Positions 27,801 to 39,202 of a stretch of 64,000 nt of DNA are shown here, one piece after another (the stretch's first letter is position 1; the number at the start of each line of letters is the position of its first letter). Source of the stretch: Phallusia mammillata. Lineage: Eukaryota. The position numbers were made by a program, and so were the translations under genes. Below the pieces are notes generated by a model, which did not search any database, was not told where the DNA came from, and saw nothing but the letters and a program-made list of their open reading frames with translations. The stretch lies in assembly GCA_965637545.1 (NCBI GenBank), contig OZ281500.1, positions 17,484,001 through 17,548,000 on the forward strand. Reading direction: 5' to 3'.

Positions 27801-30800
27801 GTCGTGCAAAGGGAAACTTAATAAAAAACAGCCTATTGGGAAGCAAACACTGGCATCTGCGAGAAAGTTGAAGTGAAACTGAGTTAAATAAATACACTTC
27901 AGAACTACAACAGAGTTTTTTGAAAGCTATACACACAATGCCAAACAACCAAAACTGTGGTATCAGCAGAAGTTAAAAATTTCACTCGATACTTCTTTTG
28001 ACAAATATGTATTTCTTAAGAGTGAAGAGTATACGGTATAAATACTAAGTATGCGGAAATATTTGAACAGGGGTTCACAGCCCCACAACGAAGTCATACG
28101 GTAAAATGTGCATATTTAGTCAAGAATAATACATGATTGTTGTGAAAAGGCCCAATACAAGAGTCTAGCTGGTAGACCACTTATTTAGACTTATTGGACA
28201 TACTCGCAGCTGTCAATAAAATAGGAAGATAAAATGCGACCAGCAATAGAGAATAGATGAAGTGACCCTGGACTACATGTTTCAATCATTCTTCAATCAA
28301 GTCCAGAATGAGGCAGGGTATTGCACAAGTTACAACAAACAACATTTTCTCATCACTTGTCTGCAAACCGCATTGACGAACACAAGAGATCGACAGATGG
28401 AAACTGGAAGTGAGACCGCTGCCCTAGGGAATGCAGATGTTAAAGAAAGATCGTGCAAAGGCGTCATTGTGCTAATAACTAATGGCGGAGAAAAGCAGAC
28501 ATGCAACAATATTACTGATTCCGCCTTGAAGGTGTTTTTTAAATCGCGATTAAAATTGTGTACAAGTCAATATATTTTGGCATTAGGAGAAATCTGTCAA
28601 AAAATGAGGTCTTTGTGATACATTTGCTTGTGTGCAAAAATTTGGAACTTGCCGTTCAACTAAAAAAGTCATTATTCAAAACTTGGCCCATCCAGAGAAT
28701 ATGCGACTATTGTTTTATAGTGGACTTTGCAACTTTCGTTCAGTGATATTTGTCATTCACTTTCCTGTGACAAACTTCAGTTTTCGGTTGAATTAAAAGT
28801 CACTTTGGGGGAAAGATGCGCAATGACGTCACTTCCTTCCGTCACAGTTTGGACGGGGTGCGTCTTCCGTTCAGTTACGTTTCATACCAGGTTATATATA
28901 GCTCCACACGCGCTGTGTGTAATGATGTGATTACTGGACAGTTGCCCATTGCGTGGCGAATGAAGTCGTCTTGTTGTTTTGGTATTCCAGCGCTGGATGT
29001 GAAACTAAGCACAGAAGTTTTGTGCCATGCTACAACACAAGGCGTTTGTTGCAAGTCAAAATCAAACTTGTCGACGCACATCAGGACAATGGACATGCTT
29101 CTTACCCAATGTTTTAAACGTTTTACTTTAAACATACGCAACAAACGAGGCAAAAAAAAACATAAGCAACAAACGAGGCAAAAACGAAAACCGGAGGACG
29201 TTTTAAACTTTAATTCCCACTTTAAATTAAAACAAAAGTTGATTCAGGAACTCGGTTTCAAAAATTTCGCCGTTGACGCCATTTTGAATTTCTGAAGAGA
29301 CAAAGCAATAAGATGTTCGCTTAATTTAACTCAACCACGTCAAAAAAGAACTAGTCGTCAATGTCCATTTGATCAAAAAATATATATAAACTTAAATCAG
29401 TCCAGTGCGATATAAAATGTGATTGGCAAGTTTAAGTCGCGTAAGATACTTCATCACTTTGCAAAGATATGCGAGACATGGCTCAACAACAAGGGTGGAG
29501 TAGATGCGATGATAGCCATTTGACATTTCATCGAGCGCATTAACCATCCCTAGTCTGTACACACCAAGCTTGGGGTGGCTTATTGCATGACGCCATACGC
29601 GCCAATGACATTTGCTCGACATACAAAGCATCAACGTGCGCCAAACAGCTGAATAAAGACGTTCGATGTCTTGGCCTTGCAGCACAAGGTGAAAAAGGTA
29701 GAGCTACTAACACAAGAACTCACAGTAGAAAAGTTGCTAAATACCGATAGATGGCGTAAAGAGCGCAGTTGTTTAAATAAGGGTTAGGGACTAAATTTAA
29801 CAAAACGAACTAGGTTTTAGTTTGATTTTATTGCTGTTATTCTTATAAAACCTCAGTGCAACCCTAGCAAACTACTGTTTCACTGTGAGTTCTTACGTTA
29901 GTAGCTCTACCGGTGCAGCGGCATAGAAATCTTACAAAATGACATAAAAATCTTATGCGGAAAGAATTAACTGAAATGTAGGGGTGGCGGTTATGGTTAA
30001 TGAAACACAAAAACATGCATTTAGGCAGTTTTGTAACGAAATTTACAACAACAATCATACAGCTCCATAGAAATCATACACAACAAAATTAACCGTTTCT
30101 TTCCAAAAAACAGGTTCCAGATCCAACATCTATTACAAAAGCAGTCATGGTCTGCTTTTAATACAAAGAAAACCTCTGAAACAAATTAACATAAAACCAG
30201 TTGGAGAAAAGTAATGGGTAAATATGACCGCTACCCGCGCACGATGTGGCCTTTCCCGGTTTATGAATAGAAGGGGTGCGGACTTTTCTTATGTTGATAA
30301 GTTCCTATTCTGGCGCACGTTCTGCAAAAACAAACAAAAGCGCACAACATAGAAATCGACCTGTCGTGCAACGGACCGTGTCGCGTGCGTCCACATGATT
30401 GTAAGGAAGTCAAGCGTGAATGACCACAATCACGGTAAGGTGACGTGATTATGGTAGGAACTGGAAAATAAGCCAAAACAACAACTTTTGCGATTTTAAA
30501 AGGCAAAAACGCCCAAAACAACAATGGAACTTTGCGGTTCTAACAATTTGGCCGTTCAAATTCGCGTTAAAGCTCTCCAGTTTGTAAAAATCGGACAATA
30601 TATGTTTTTTCCTATACCCGCTGTGTTAATTGGGACACAAAATGGCTCCATGGGTTTTATAGCGTAACATTGGGTTGCAGAAAAGTTATGTTTCATATAG
30701 ACTATGGTCCGAGCAATATCAAACACGATTGGAGTCATATTTAAAAATGTTTGAGCGAACTCAGTGGGTGAGAACTAACAACTACTGAAAATAACCAAAA

Positions 30801-33800
30801 CCCATTGACTGTATAATATAATGTATAACGCGTGTTGCTTAGCCTTTATTGGCTTAAATAACCTTCAAATTGACAGCAAAATGTATGAATTCTGAAATGT
30901 AAAGAAAATGTTATGTAGCCAAGCTGCAAACGAACAGTTGAATGCATTAACTCCCGAGGGCAAAGAAAACTTTTTTGGGGGGGTATCGAACCCAGGACGC
31001 TCGCGAGGACGAATTCCGATCTGTTTTTTATGTCTATTCATGGCTCAGGCGCTTCGGCCAAGAACGAAATTGCTGTACCGCCAATTCTTGCGGCTCTCGA
31101 ACCCCACCTTGCGGTTATATACACCAGCCGAAAAAACTGCGTTTAGCACGTTATGAAATCCAATGCGATTTGTAACGTTTACACAAGTAAATACACAATA
31201 CATGGACAAGTTTACATACAACCAAAACATTGAAACACATGCTTTGAACATTGCAGCCTAGCTATGTTTATTGACGGGTTCATATTACGACCAAGAGTGC
31301 ACGGCCTTGTGTTAACAATACAAGCACAATGGGAAAAAGGGAACTTTCCAATAATAGTTCGGTATATAAACACAGGCTATGGAGGTACGAGGAAGACTTA
31401 GGTTCGCCTGTTCCATGCTAGAATGTTGGTATTTGTGTATACCGGGCTATTGCTGTGGCTTTTTCTGCTCAGCCTACGTTTGGTTTGACCAAAAAACAAT
31501 GCAACTATTTTTGTAATGCTTTACTGCGCAGTAAAGTTGCGCAGATGTGCATACGTCCGGATTGCATGCTTGACGAGTAATTACACACAAAAAGTAGTTT
31601 TTTGCAAAACAATAAACCAAAAAGATATGATACAAAATACCTCAAATGTACTTTAGCACTAAACAGTTCATATCGGAAAAAAATTTTTTGTTATAATGCA
31701 CAATTCAAAAAGGTTACTAAAACGAAATTTTGGTCAAAAAAAATGTCCGTCTACAAGCAAAACCTCTTAATAAAGCGGAAAAACAATTTGGCTGACACAT
31801 TACATACACATATGATACCTGAATTTTGAATAAAGTAAACATTATATAGTGTATGGAAGAATAAATTACAATGCAATATGAGGAATGACAAGGCGATATA
31901 TGGCGAATGATGTAGATTCCATCATAAAATTGATATTGCTCGGGCACTGATACGGTTTACTGCTCTGTATATTTGCTCATCCATTGTCACAAATCGTTTT
32001 TAAGATCGTAGCTGCTCACGAACAGTAAAGGTAACCGTTAATTAAGTTTGCCGTTGGTAATATTAGATGAAGGGCAAAAATGTAAAAACCTGATTTAAGA
32101 CTACCAATTCAGGAATGCGCTTACTTTTTGAAGAGATTGGGTGATTGGGTCACATTAAATTTAAAAGATTGGGTCACATTAAATTTAAAATTGTGAAAAA
32201 ATAAATAAAAAGCAAAAAACTAGCGGGCGTTTAATTAGAGGCACAAAATATGAGTAATGCCCTTCTATAAGGTAGTTCCATGACGTCACAAATAATTCAT
32301 GCATAAAGTTTGTCCTGTATAAGATATGAATGGAGAAAGCGCATACAAAAACTGCAATTAAAGCTGTTAAAATATTTAATCAGGCACGGATAATATAAGT
32401 CTCGTGAATTTCAATACCCCAATGATTGAATGACCGCTTATGACCTTCGTAAGCACAATGCCACACAATTAACCCACTGTTGCAGCCAGCACACATTAAC
32501 CGGAACGAAATACGATTCTTTAGTAAACAGCGCATGTCAAAAGGAGTTAAAGTGTTTTGGATCTAGACAAGGGATTTCCACCGCCGTGAGGTTTTGTACA
32601 AAGCGAAACGTGATCTTCATCAATGAACGACGCTAACTGAGATTAAATAAAGGGTTGTCTTACATAAAGGCTAACATTGATGGGAAGGGAAAAGTAAAGG
32701 GAGCGGTTACTTTGGGAAGTTTGAGCTTTCCAAAGTCATTTGATTACTGGTTTGAACGATGTAATTGTGGCGGCCGTTTCGAAGTCGCTTTATCACCTAA
32801 ACATTTGGCTAGTAGCAGCGCCAAGTCTGCTTGAAATAAACTATATTTAATTAATTGCAAATTGCAAGGACAGCAGCACCGCCCACCCTAAGCTACTTTC
32901 TTGACAGATAAAACTGACATTCGTATGGAAAAATTTCTTTAATGCATAACTGTGAGATAACAGTAATTTCATGCAAACACTTAATTGATAAAAAAAATGC
33001 ATCCAGTCATATAAAAACTGTTAAAACGTACAAAATGTGTAATAAATAGACACTGGTTTAAACACATTGAGTGTCTCTATATTATTTCTCAATAACTTTT
33101 CCTTTATTTTGTCAAAAACTTTTAGTTTTCTTTCTGACTGCACAATGATCTACTATATTTAACCACACAGCAGCGGCAAAACGAATGTAGGACTTTGATG
33201 TTAGGAATTACTTGGCAATCGCCACTATCTATTTTTCATGACGATACCCTACTTCATCGAGCAGAATTTACCCCACTCAAACACAAAAGCAAAAATATAT
33301 CATTAAAAGACCTTTACGAAAAACCTTGCAAGCCACTTAAATGCTCTTTCTAAACTTAATGCGAACAGAACATTCAGCTCAAAAAAAGATTAAATTCCTT
33401 GGACATCAAGACATTCAAGCCAAGCGTTACTAGTCGAATGTTGCAAAAATGGCACATTTGCAGAATTGAAACTTACACAATTAACCAGTTTTAAAAGACA
33501 AATTTAACGTAACACAATAAAGCCGCACGTCGAACCAGCGTTTACATTTTTTCACTTGAATATTCGTTTCAAATTTTTGCAAAGCATAATATTACGATGT
33601 AACCATCTTACCAGCAGCATCTTAAGAAAAATTTCTTGGATGGTGGCGTTGGCATGACAACGTAGGGTGGTCGAGGCGTCCTTGGCCAAGTGTTCATGGG
33701 GTCGTTGCTCTGGTAGCAGCAGGACGACATGGTGACATGCCGTTTTTTCCACAAAATCAGACTTTAAACAACAAATTACCACAATATTTGCCACTTTTTT

Positions 33801-36616
33801 CTGAAATATCTTAACCGAACGCTTGCAGCCCTGCACCGTAAAGTGATCGACTTTTAACAGAGAAACACATCTAGCAGTGGTGAACATTTAACATAGAAAG
33901 AGAGTATGATGGGATAGGAATGACTGCCCTGGAGTTTTACCCGATAAGGGAGTGGAAAGAACCGAGACAAAACGAATGGAACCGCAGGAACTCGGTAAAA
34001 TGTCAACGGGGGTTATGCTTCGATGCTTTAGGGCTAAAAGGCGTCGCTGGGCACACACATACAGACGTTATGTTTTTTCGTTTTGAAGTTGTGTACCGAG
34101 ATTTTTAAGGGCAAAAAGGGGGGTTCTGCTTAGAAATGCAGCAAACACTTATAGTGAACCACTAAGAAAAACAAACATTTTTGAACGTTGCAGATGTGTT
34201 TACAAGTAGAAACGACAACAGGCCTCAAATCAATGCCCAAACTCTATTTGCAAATCTTATTTGCCGAAAATATGGTTTTAAACATATTTGTATTACGATT
34301 TGGGTAAAGTTGGTTAAATCTGATTAACTGGTAACACTGGTACAGATTTAGCTGCACAAAGCAGTGTACCAAACCAAACTTTTACAGCAATTGGAAACAA
34401 TAGGACTAACATAAAAATCCTATCATCAAGGCAAATGTCTCGTTCTCTGCAAATAGCCTTGCAGCAATAAGTAGGAGGGTGCGGGGGGCAGAACGCCATT
34501 TCACGTACTTAAGTTTGTTAAATGCTAAAGTCAAATAGGCATTTGAAAACATGCGAATCGACACCCGGCAAACCACTGCACAACCCAAAGCCTACAAGAG
34601 CTTTGACCTGACTAAAAACCGCGAAACGCAACATTTAAAACAACTCCTAGTTCAGACTCCCTGCATTTCAACTTCTTGGGTGCTATTTATATGCTTAATA
34701 CACCGGAGCATTGAAATCAGCCAATACCTATCTATACGATCTATATAAGTCTTTTGTGCATATCTAAACCATGCTTGATATAACAAAGCTCGCTAAGAAA
34801 CCTGCTTTTAGCTCAGGCACTGACCTTACAGCCTTGAAGGTGCTGTGCTTTTGAAACATTAAACAAACAAAAAATGGATTGTTTCGCCAGGAAAACAACT
34901 CTCTGTCTCATTGCCCGTCTCCGCAGTTAATAGCCTTCCTGGCGGGAATAAACAATGTTTGCCAAGATTTTCAACCGACCGCGAATATAGAAAAAAATGA
35001 ATTCCCGGACTGCACTATAAATCCCGGGAACGGGAAAAAGCACAGCAATAGCCTTGAACAAACAAGTAGGTCTTACACGCACCTAGGCGCTGGCGGCATT
35101 TCCATTAGTGTCGACGCTACACCTACATTCACGTGTAAGCAACGGCAGTCCTTTCACCAATGACGGCTTCATTCACTAACTGCTATTCACAGCAAGTGGG
35201 GAATGTCATTCGATTGCCTGATTTCGCTGCTACCGTCTTTATACAACACGCAGCGAAATAGCAAAATCACGGCCGATGCTAAGCAAATGCGTTTTAAAAA
35301 TGCCAAGTACTTTTAAAGGCAACTACTAACCGTAAAACCACTCTCAATTTAATGAACACTGTACACGCTTTGGGCGCCTTGAATATGCTAAAACTTGACT
35401 ATATATTTCCGGCATAGCAAGGGAACAAGTACATAAACGCCCCCTGAAAGAACTCATAAGCAACTACAAGCACACATCAGGCTTACCTCATCACGTCAGT
35501 AGCCCGTTACCTGACAACCACTACGTTCTCTTGTATCCAAGTAAATGATAAACATAATGGACTTTGTCAGTTACGAAAACAGCGTTCATAATTCAAAAGT
35601 AAAGCCTAGTTCACCCATGCACTTTGTAGTTTTTGTTATCCGTTCTCTACATAAAGGAAGCGTCGCTTTTGGTATATACAGGTCTAGGTTCGCACACAAA
35701 AAAGTACGCACACATTGCTTTTTGTATGGATTCAATACTGCGACATAACTGGCGGTTGTACCTAACGCGTTTTTCTTTGCTTTGTTCACAACTATTGAGG
35801 GAGTTCACCTCATATCTTGAAGTTCACACACAAGAAGGAAAATACCACGCTTGGAATCATTCAATACACTTTTTCATTAGTTTGCACAAGATTTTCCCCA
35901 CAACTTTTATATGTAACATAATACATCGATGATTTTGCATTTTATGAAGTGTTGCATATAGTTAAGTGCAAGGAGTCTAATTCTAAACGGAAAAAAATTG
36001 CAGATTGTAAAAATCAACCAACTGCACCTTTTTGTAACACCTTTAGTGGAATAGTAATCACCTAAAATGTAGGCCACTTGTATCCAACTTTATGACACAA
36101 ATTATACTCACACACCAATGCAAGTGCCACCAAAGAAAATATAACCTAAACAGTTCTATGATGAAATCACAAATGGCCCTGATTAGTTTTTGTAAAAATT
36201 TTAATAACCTCAAAACAAGTGTACAATATAGTGATGATCTGTATCAGGTGGATAAAAGTTTAATTGAAAATCAATTTAGGGGAAGAAGAGAAAAAGCGAC
36301 ACAAAATTGTGTGTCATGTCCCAATGAATATTGATTTATTGCACTGCTTGACACCATATCTATTGATTTTTACCCATATCTGATAGCACATAGAAGGCTG
36401 AACAAGTGCTACCAGATGAGTTCCAAGTCAGTGGAACCACTATTCTATCAATGTAACCAGATATTGAAAGGTGCGTCAGAGGAAATCTGCAAGGTCCATT
36501 TACGGAAAGCTCAAACACGCAAAATTGTAAATACTAAACCTACTTGGAAAAGAAAACTCCACTGATAACACTTTCAATTAAAAAAATGTTTTTACTCACC
36601 CCATTAACCATTCCAT
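3887..36616 (-). CDS. MOB2: MOB kinase activator 2 (NDR/STK38 regulator), 268 aa with the MEWLMG first exon
   Basis: Coding exons 36616-36600 (MEWLMG, equivalent to human MDWLMG), 11043-10892 (KGKKNDKKPVIEEKKPYL...DLKEWVATQ), 5836-5740 (TISLFHNVNLLYGTVSEFC...), 5496-5372 (QYTWVEERGKKLKCTAPQYIDYVM...FPTKY) and 4302-3887 (...HVIAHMYYAHF...FILFVREYELLDPKETA...stop). All introns are GT-AG with consistent phases, and the total of 807 nt is 269 codons. Confidence 0.95.
5995..6010 (+). other. Exact copy of the 16-nt ascidian spliced-leader exon (ATTCTATTTGAATAAG) inside a MOB2 intron
   Basis: 16/16 identity to the Ciona SL exon as I recall it. It is followed by GAATAAATG rather than a GT donor, so it is not an intact SL RNA gene. 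A degenerate second copy (13/16) lies at 6075-6090. Confidence 0.75.
11602..11661. repeat. Tandem duplication, 2 x 30 bp
   Basis: AACAGGCAAACGCGGCTTTTGTATCAGACT followed by AACAGGCAAACGCGGCTTTTGTATCAGATA (28/30 identical). Confidence 0.9.
15234..15249. mobile_element. Orphan hAT MITE end
   Basis: CAGTGGTTCTTAAACT is the same TIR class as at 1604 and 63467, preceded by GGTTAGAT (central TA). No partner end was found nearby. Confidence 0.45.
15664..15842 (-). mobile_element. tRNA-derived SINE copy with 3' tail and A-rich end (span includes both TSDs)
   Basis: On the minus strand: A box TGGCCGAATGG, B box GGTTCGAATCCC, a ~57-nt 3' segment and an A-rich tail. It is flanked by the 15-bp direct repeat TTCCAGACACTTTTT at 15664-15678 and 15828-15842. 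Confidence 0.85.
15961..16004 (-). CDS. MOB2: Candidate alternative first coding exon of MOB2 (MSVTFFHCVAKEVNR)
   Basis: ATG-initiated, 44 nt, ends in phase 2 at CG|GTAAGC and is in frame with exon 11043-10892. Short enough to arise by chance. Confidence 0.4.
17076..17185 (-). CDS. MOB2: Candidate alternative first coding exon of MOB2 (MTMLDQILQILSPQKDYDRAKKTAAGTSEHKFKRSKK)
   Basis: ATG-initiated open frame of 110 nt ending in phase 2 at AA|GTAAGA, in frame with exon 11043-10892. Confidence 0.6.
17684..17718 (+). other. Degenerate hammerhead-ribozyme-like motif
   Basis: CTGATGA-GGCCTAATT-GAAAC followed by AAACAGCTGAC. The core boxes are present, but stem II cannot close and there is no correctly placed NUH cleavage triplet. 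Confidence 0.3.
26864..27319. mobile_element. hAT (Charlie/Buster-like) MITE, 456 bp
   Basis: TIRs CAGTGGTTTTCAACC / GGTTGAGAACCACTG (14/15). TSD CTTTAGTG / CTTTAGAG (7/8). Subterminal GGGGTCCGC/GGGGTTCGC repeats. Confidence 0.9.
28824..28836. promoter_or_regulatory. Composite ETS-CRE motif
   Basis: TGACGTCACTTCC (GGAAGTGACGTCA on the minus strand), the overlapping ETS/CRE arrangement known from vertebrate proximal promoters. Function is inferred. Confidence 0.4.
30971..31062 (-). mobile_element. Older, degenerate copy of the tRNA-derived SINE
   Basis: Minus strand reads CTTGGCCGAA-(deletion)-GCGCCTGAGCCATGAATAGACATAAAAAACAGATCGGAATTCGTCCTCGCGAGCGTCCTGGGTTCGATACCC plus an A run, collinear with the 44762 copy. 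No clear TSD. Confidence 0.75.
32143..32190. repeat. Perfect tandem duplication, 2 x 24 bp
   Basis: GATTGGGTCACATTAAATTTAAAA occurs twice head to tail. Confidence 0.9.
33612..33730 (-). CDS. MOB2: Candidate alternative first coding exon of MOB2 (MSSCCYQSNDPMNTWPRTPRPPYVVMPTPPSKKFFLRCCW)
   Basis: CACC-ATG context with an in-frame stop upstream, a 119-nt open frame, and a phase-2 donor CTG|GTAAGA in frame with exon 11043-10892. Confidence 0.65.
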
Positions 36617-37537
36617 TTTTGCAAATTTCCAGCCTCCTTTAGAGAGCTAAAAAACACAAATAAAACACAAATAATTAAATTTGACTAAAATTTAAATGAC
36701 AATAATTTGGGCTCAAGGTCACATAGAAGTTCACTTTCAGTTTAAGTTGCTATTGAACAGTTTATCCACTTTTAGTGTTCTTCAAATAACATGTGAAATC
36801 ACATTATAAAGTTTCAGCAAACTTTAAATGACATATTTAGCATCCAAAGTTGCAACAACTTATTTTGGCAGGCAGAAAAGCATTTAACCTCAAATATGCA
36901 AAGTAATGGGCCTTCAAAACACAAGGCAACCGCTGAGAATGCAATCAAAACAATACAATGGCATGTCCAAATGTAATGTAATTTAGCAATTGTGTTCAAC
37001 ACATTAGCAATCTACCCCATGGGACTTGCTTGTCGTACTATCGACCTATGCTTGGAGCCCAGTAGCATAATTGCAGGTATCTTTTTTAACCAAACAACTA
37101 ATATTCTACCCAATACAAAATAATAAGGATCAAAAACGTAACAAAAAACTGCATCACCCACATGTGTTACCCAGGTTTATTAACACATTTATCACAAGTT
37201 TAGTACACTTGTCAATTGACATGTAAAGAAACTGTGTTTACTGTGCCTGGCCTCATAAAACACACATGCCAATTGTTTAGCTTTTTAGAGACCAACAAGG
37301 CAAAGTTATTTATGGCCTGCTAGAATTAATAAAAGCTATTGAGACAATCTAAGCATGTTTGTTATGCAAAGCAAAGGTGCAACCCATGGTCTAATACTGT
37401 TATTCATATTTGACCCATAAAGCTATACAACCTTGTATTAAACATGCCAAAAATACATGGACATAAAAACACAAAAATAAACAAAGTAAAATCAAAATGT
37501 GGCCCTTCAGTATGGAAATTCATAATTCAACACTCAC

Positions 37538-39202
37538 CTTTACTTTGAATTCCAGAGTGATGGTCAAATAGGCAATAGAAGTCAAAAGCTGCTTTCCTGG
37601 TGGGTTCTTCGTCAGCCACTGACATTTAAATGACACAACATGGAGCAACAATACTTAACCCATTCAAATTTCATGTACTACTTATAACACTAGCCTAGAA
37701 AAAGATTTGCACTTTTGAGTATGTTGTAGTTAACAGTCATAACAAGTCACCTTTGTAAGCAACATTCCAAAAAAAAAATTCAAAATACTGGCAGCTTTTT
37801 ACTAATTCATTACACAAATAGTATAGTTTTGCCTAAACTTAAAATCTTTTAAACACCATTTTTGCCATTTTTATTGTTTTATTAAAACTGGACCTTACAT
37901 TTTCTGTATAACTACAGTTGTTGACAAAACTTTTTGCAGTTCATAAGACAGAGTACATTTACATGAATTATTAATGCATCAGGGCTGAGATGCTCGAACA
38001 GTTTTGCAGCATTAGGCTTAAAGATTGTGCACAACTAAGCAGTTCTGTACCTCTACTGTCCTGGGACAAAGCACAGGATGAAACTATTTTGAACCCACTG
38101 CATCCTGTCAGAGTAGAGAACTAAAACAGATTAGTTTGTACCAAAAGAGCCAAAACAAAACTATTGGAATTACAAATGAGCATTAAAATTAGGCATAAAC
38201 AAATAACTTAACCCAAAAGCTGCAAAATTTAATACCACCACTTAAATCTAGGTGATTTACCAAAGATAACAGAAATATCTGATTTGTGACAAATGTATGT
38301 ATTCCAACTTCATAAAGTTAAAAACAAAGGGATGTTAACTAATTGGTGTGCATTTATTGTAGATAACTGCATGGACTTGAACAACAACATTATTTGAAGT
38401 TAATGATTCATCAAACACTAAAATTTTTGACAAACTTTACATTTCAGATTTCACCATACAAAAGTCTGCACACTTAAAAAACTGGAAGCCAAAAATGTAC
38501 TATAAAAATAATACAAACAAAATTTACACCAATATAAATCAAATTATATTTTTTAAAACATTGCAAAGCTTCAGCAATCAACCTAAAAGCATTGCTATTT
38601 TTACCTAAAAACTGTAGCACAATCTTCAAGATAATTTGTTTATCTATTTAAAATAATGTTTGCCAGCATTTATCATGTGCCTAAAGCACAAAACTTTTAC
38701 CTTCATGACAGACTTGCTTACTGAGGCAGAAGCAATCAAATTGATGTATTTTGTACTGGCAGTGGCTTTTAACTAAGGTTTGTGATAACGTTAACCACAC
38801 AAAACAGGAAGCACAATCGATACACTCTGTACCAAAGAGGACAAAATAACTCTAAACAAAAACTGACATTGCACACACATAATGTTATGGAAGGTATCTA
38901 TCACAAATATTTTTAATCGTTTAAAATGAATTGCAAGTTCCAATGGAGTTCATTTAGCTTTGTAAATCACTGACATCGCAAGCACAGCGGGGGTAATAAA
39001 AATGTGTTTGACTGAGAAACCACATGACGTAATTTGTTAGTGCTACTGCCAGCCTTGTTACGTAACAATCGGACATTACGCGAGACGTCCAAATACCGTA
39101 AGTAAACATTTATAACTATATGTAAAATCTTATTTTAACCAACAAATATAAATACTTTAATAGACTGTTATGTTTTACGAAAAGTATGTGTTTCCCGGAA
39201 GT
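37538..39202 (-). promoter_or_regulatory. Putative MOB2 distal promoter and non-coding 5' exons
   Basis: Minus-strand donors after 37538 (AAG|GTGAGT), 38051 (GAG|GTACAG) and 38701 (AAG|GTAAAA). A CpG-containing cluster at ~39000-39200 has TGACGTAA, TTACGTAA and CCGGAAGT (39195-39202). The MEWLMG exon has its own acceptor (exon starts at 36646), so an upstream exon or a trans-splice event is required. Confidence 0.4.

Noticed and set aside
28262-29685. ORFs of 92-159 aa as a gene nested in the MOB2 intron
   Set aside because: They overlap on both strands with no recognisable motifs and no consistent exon chain.
36600-39000. snoRNA host-gene arrangement in the MOB2 5' introns
   Set aside because: No minus-strand RTGATGA...CTGA pair at a suitable spacing and no complete hairpin-H-hairpin-ACA layout was found by eye.
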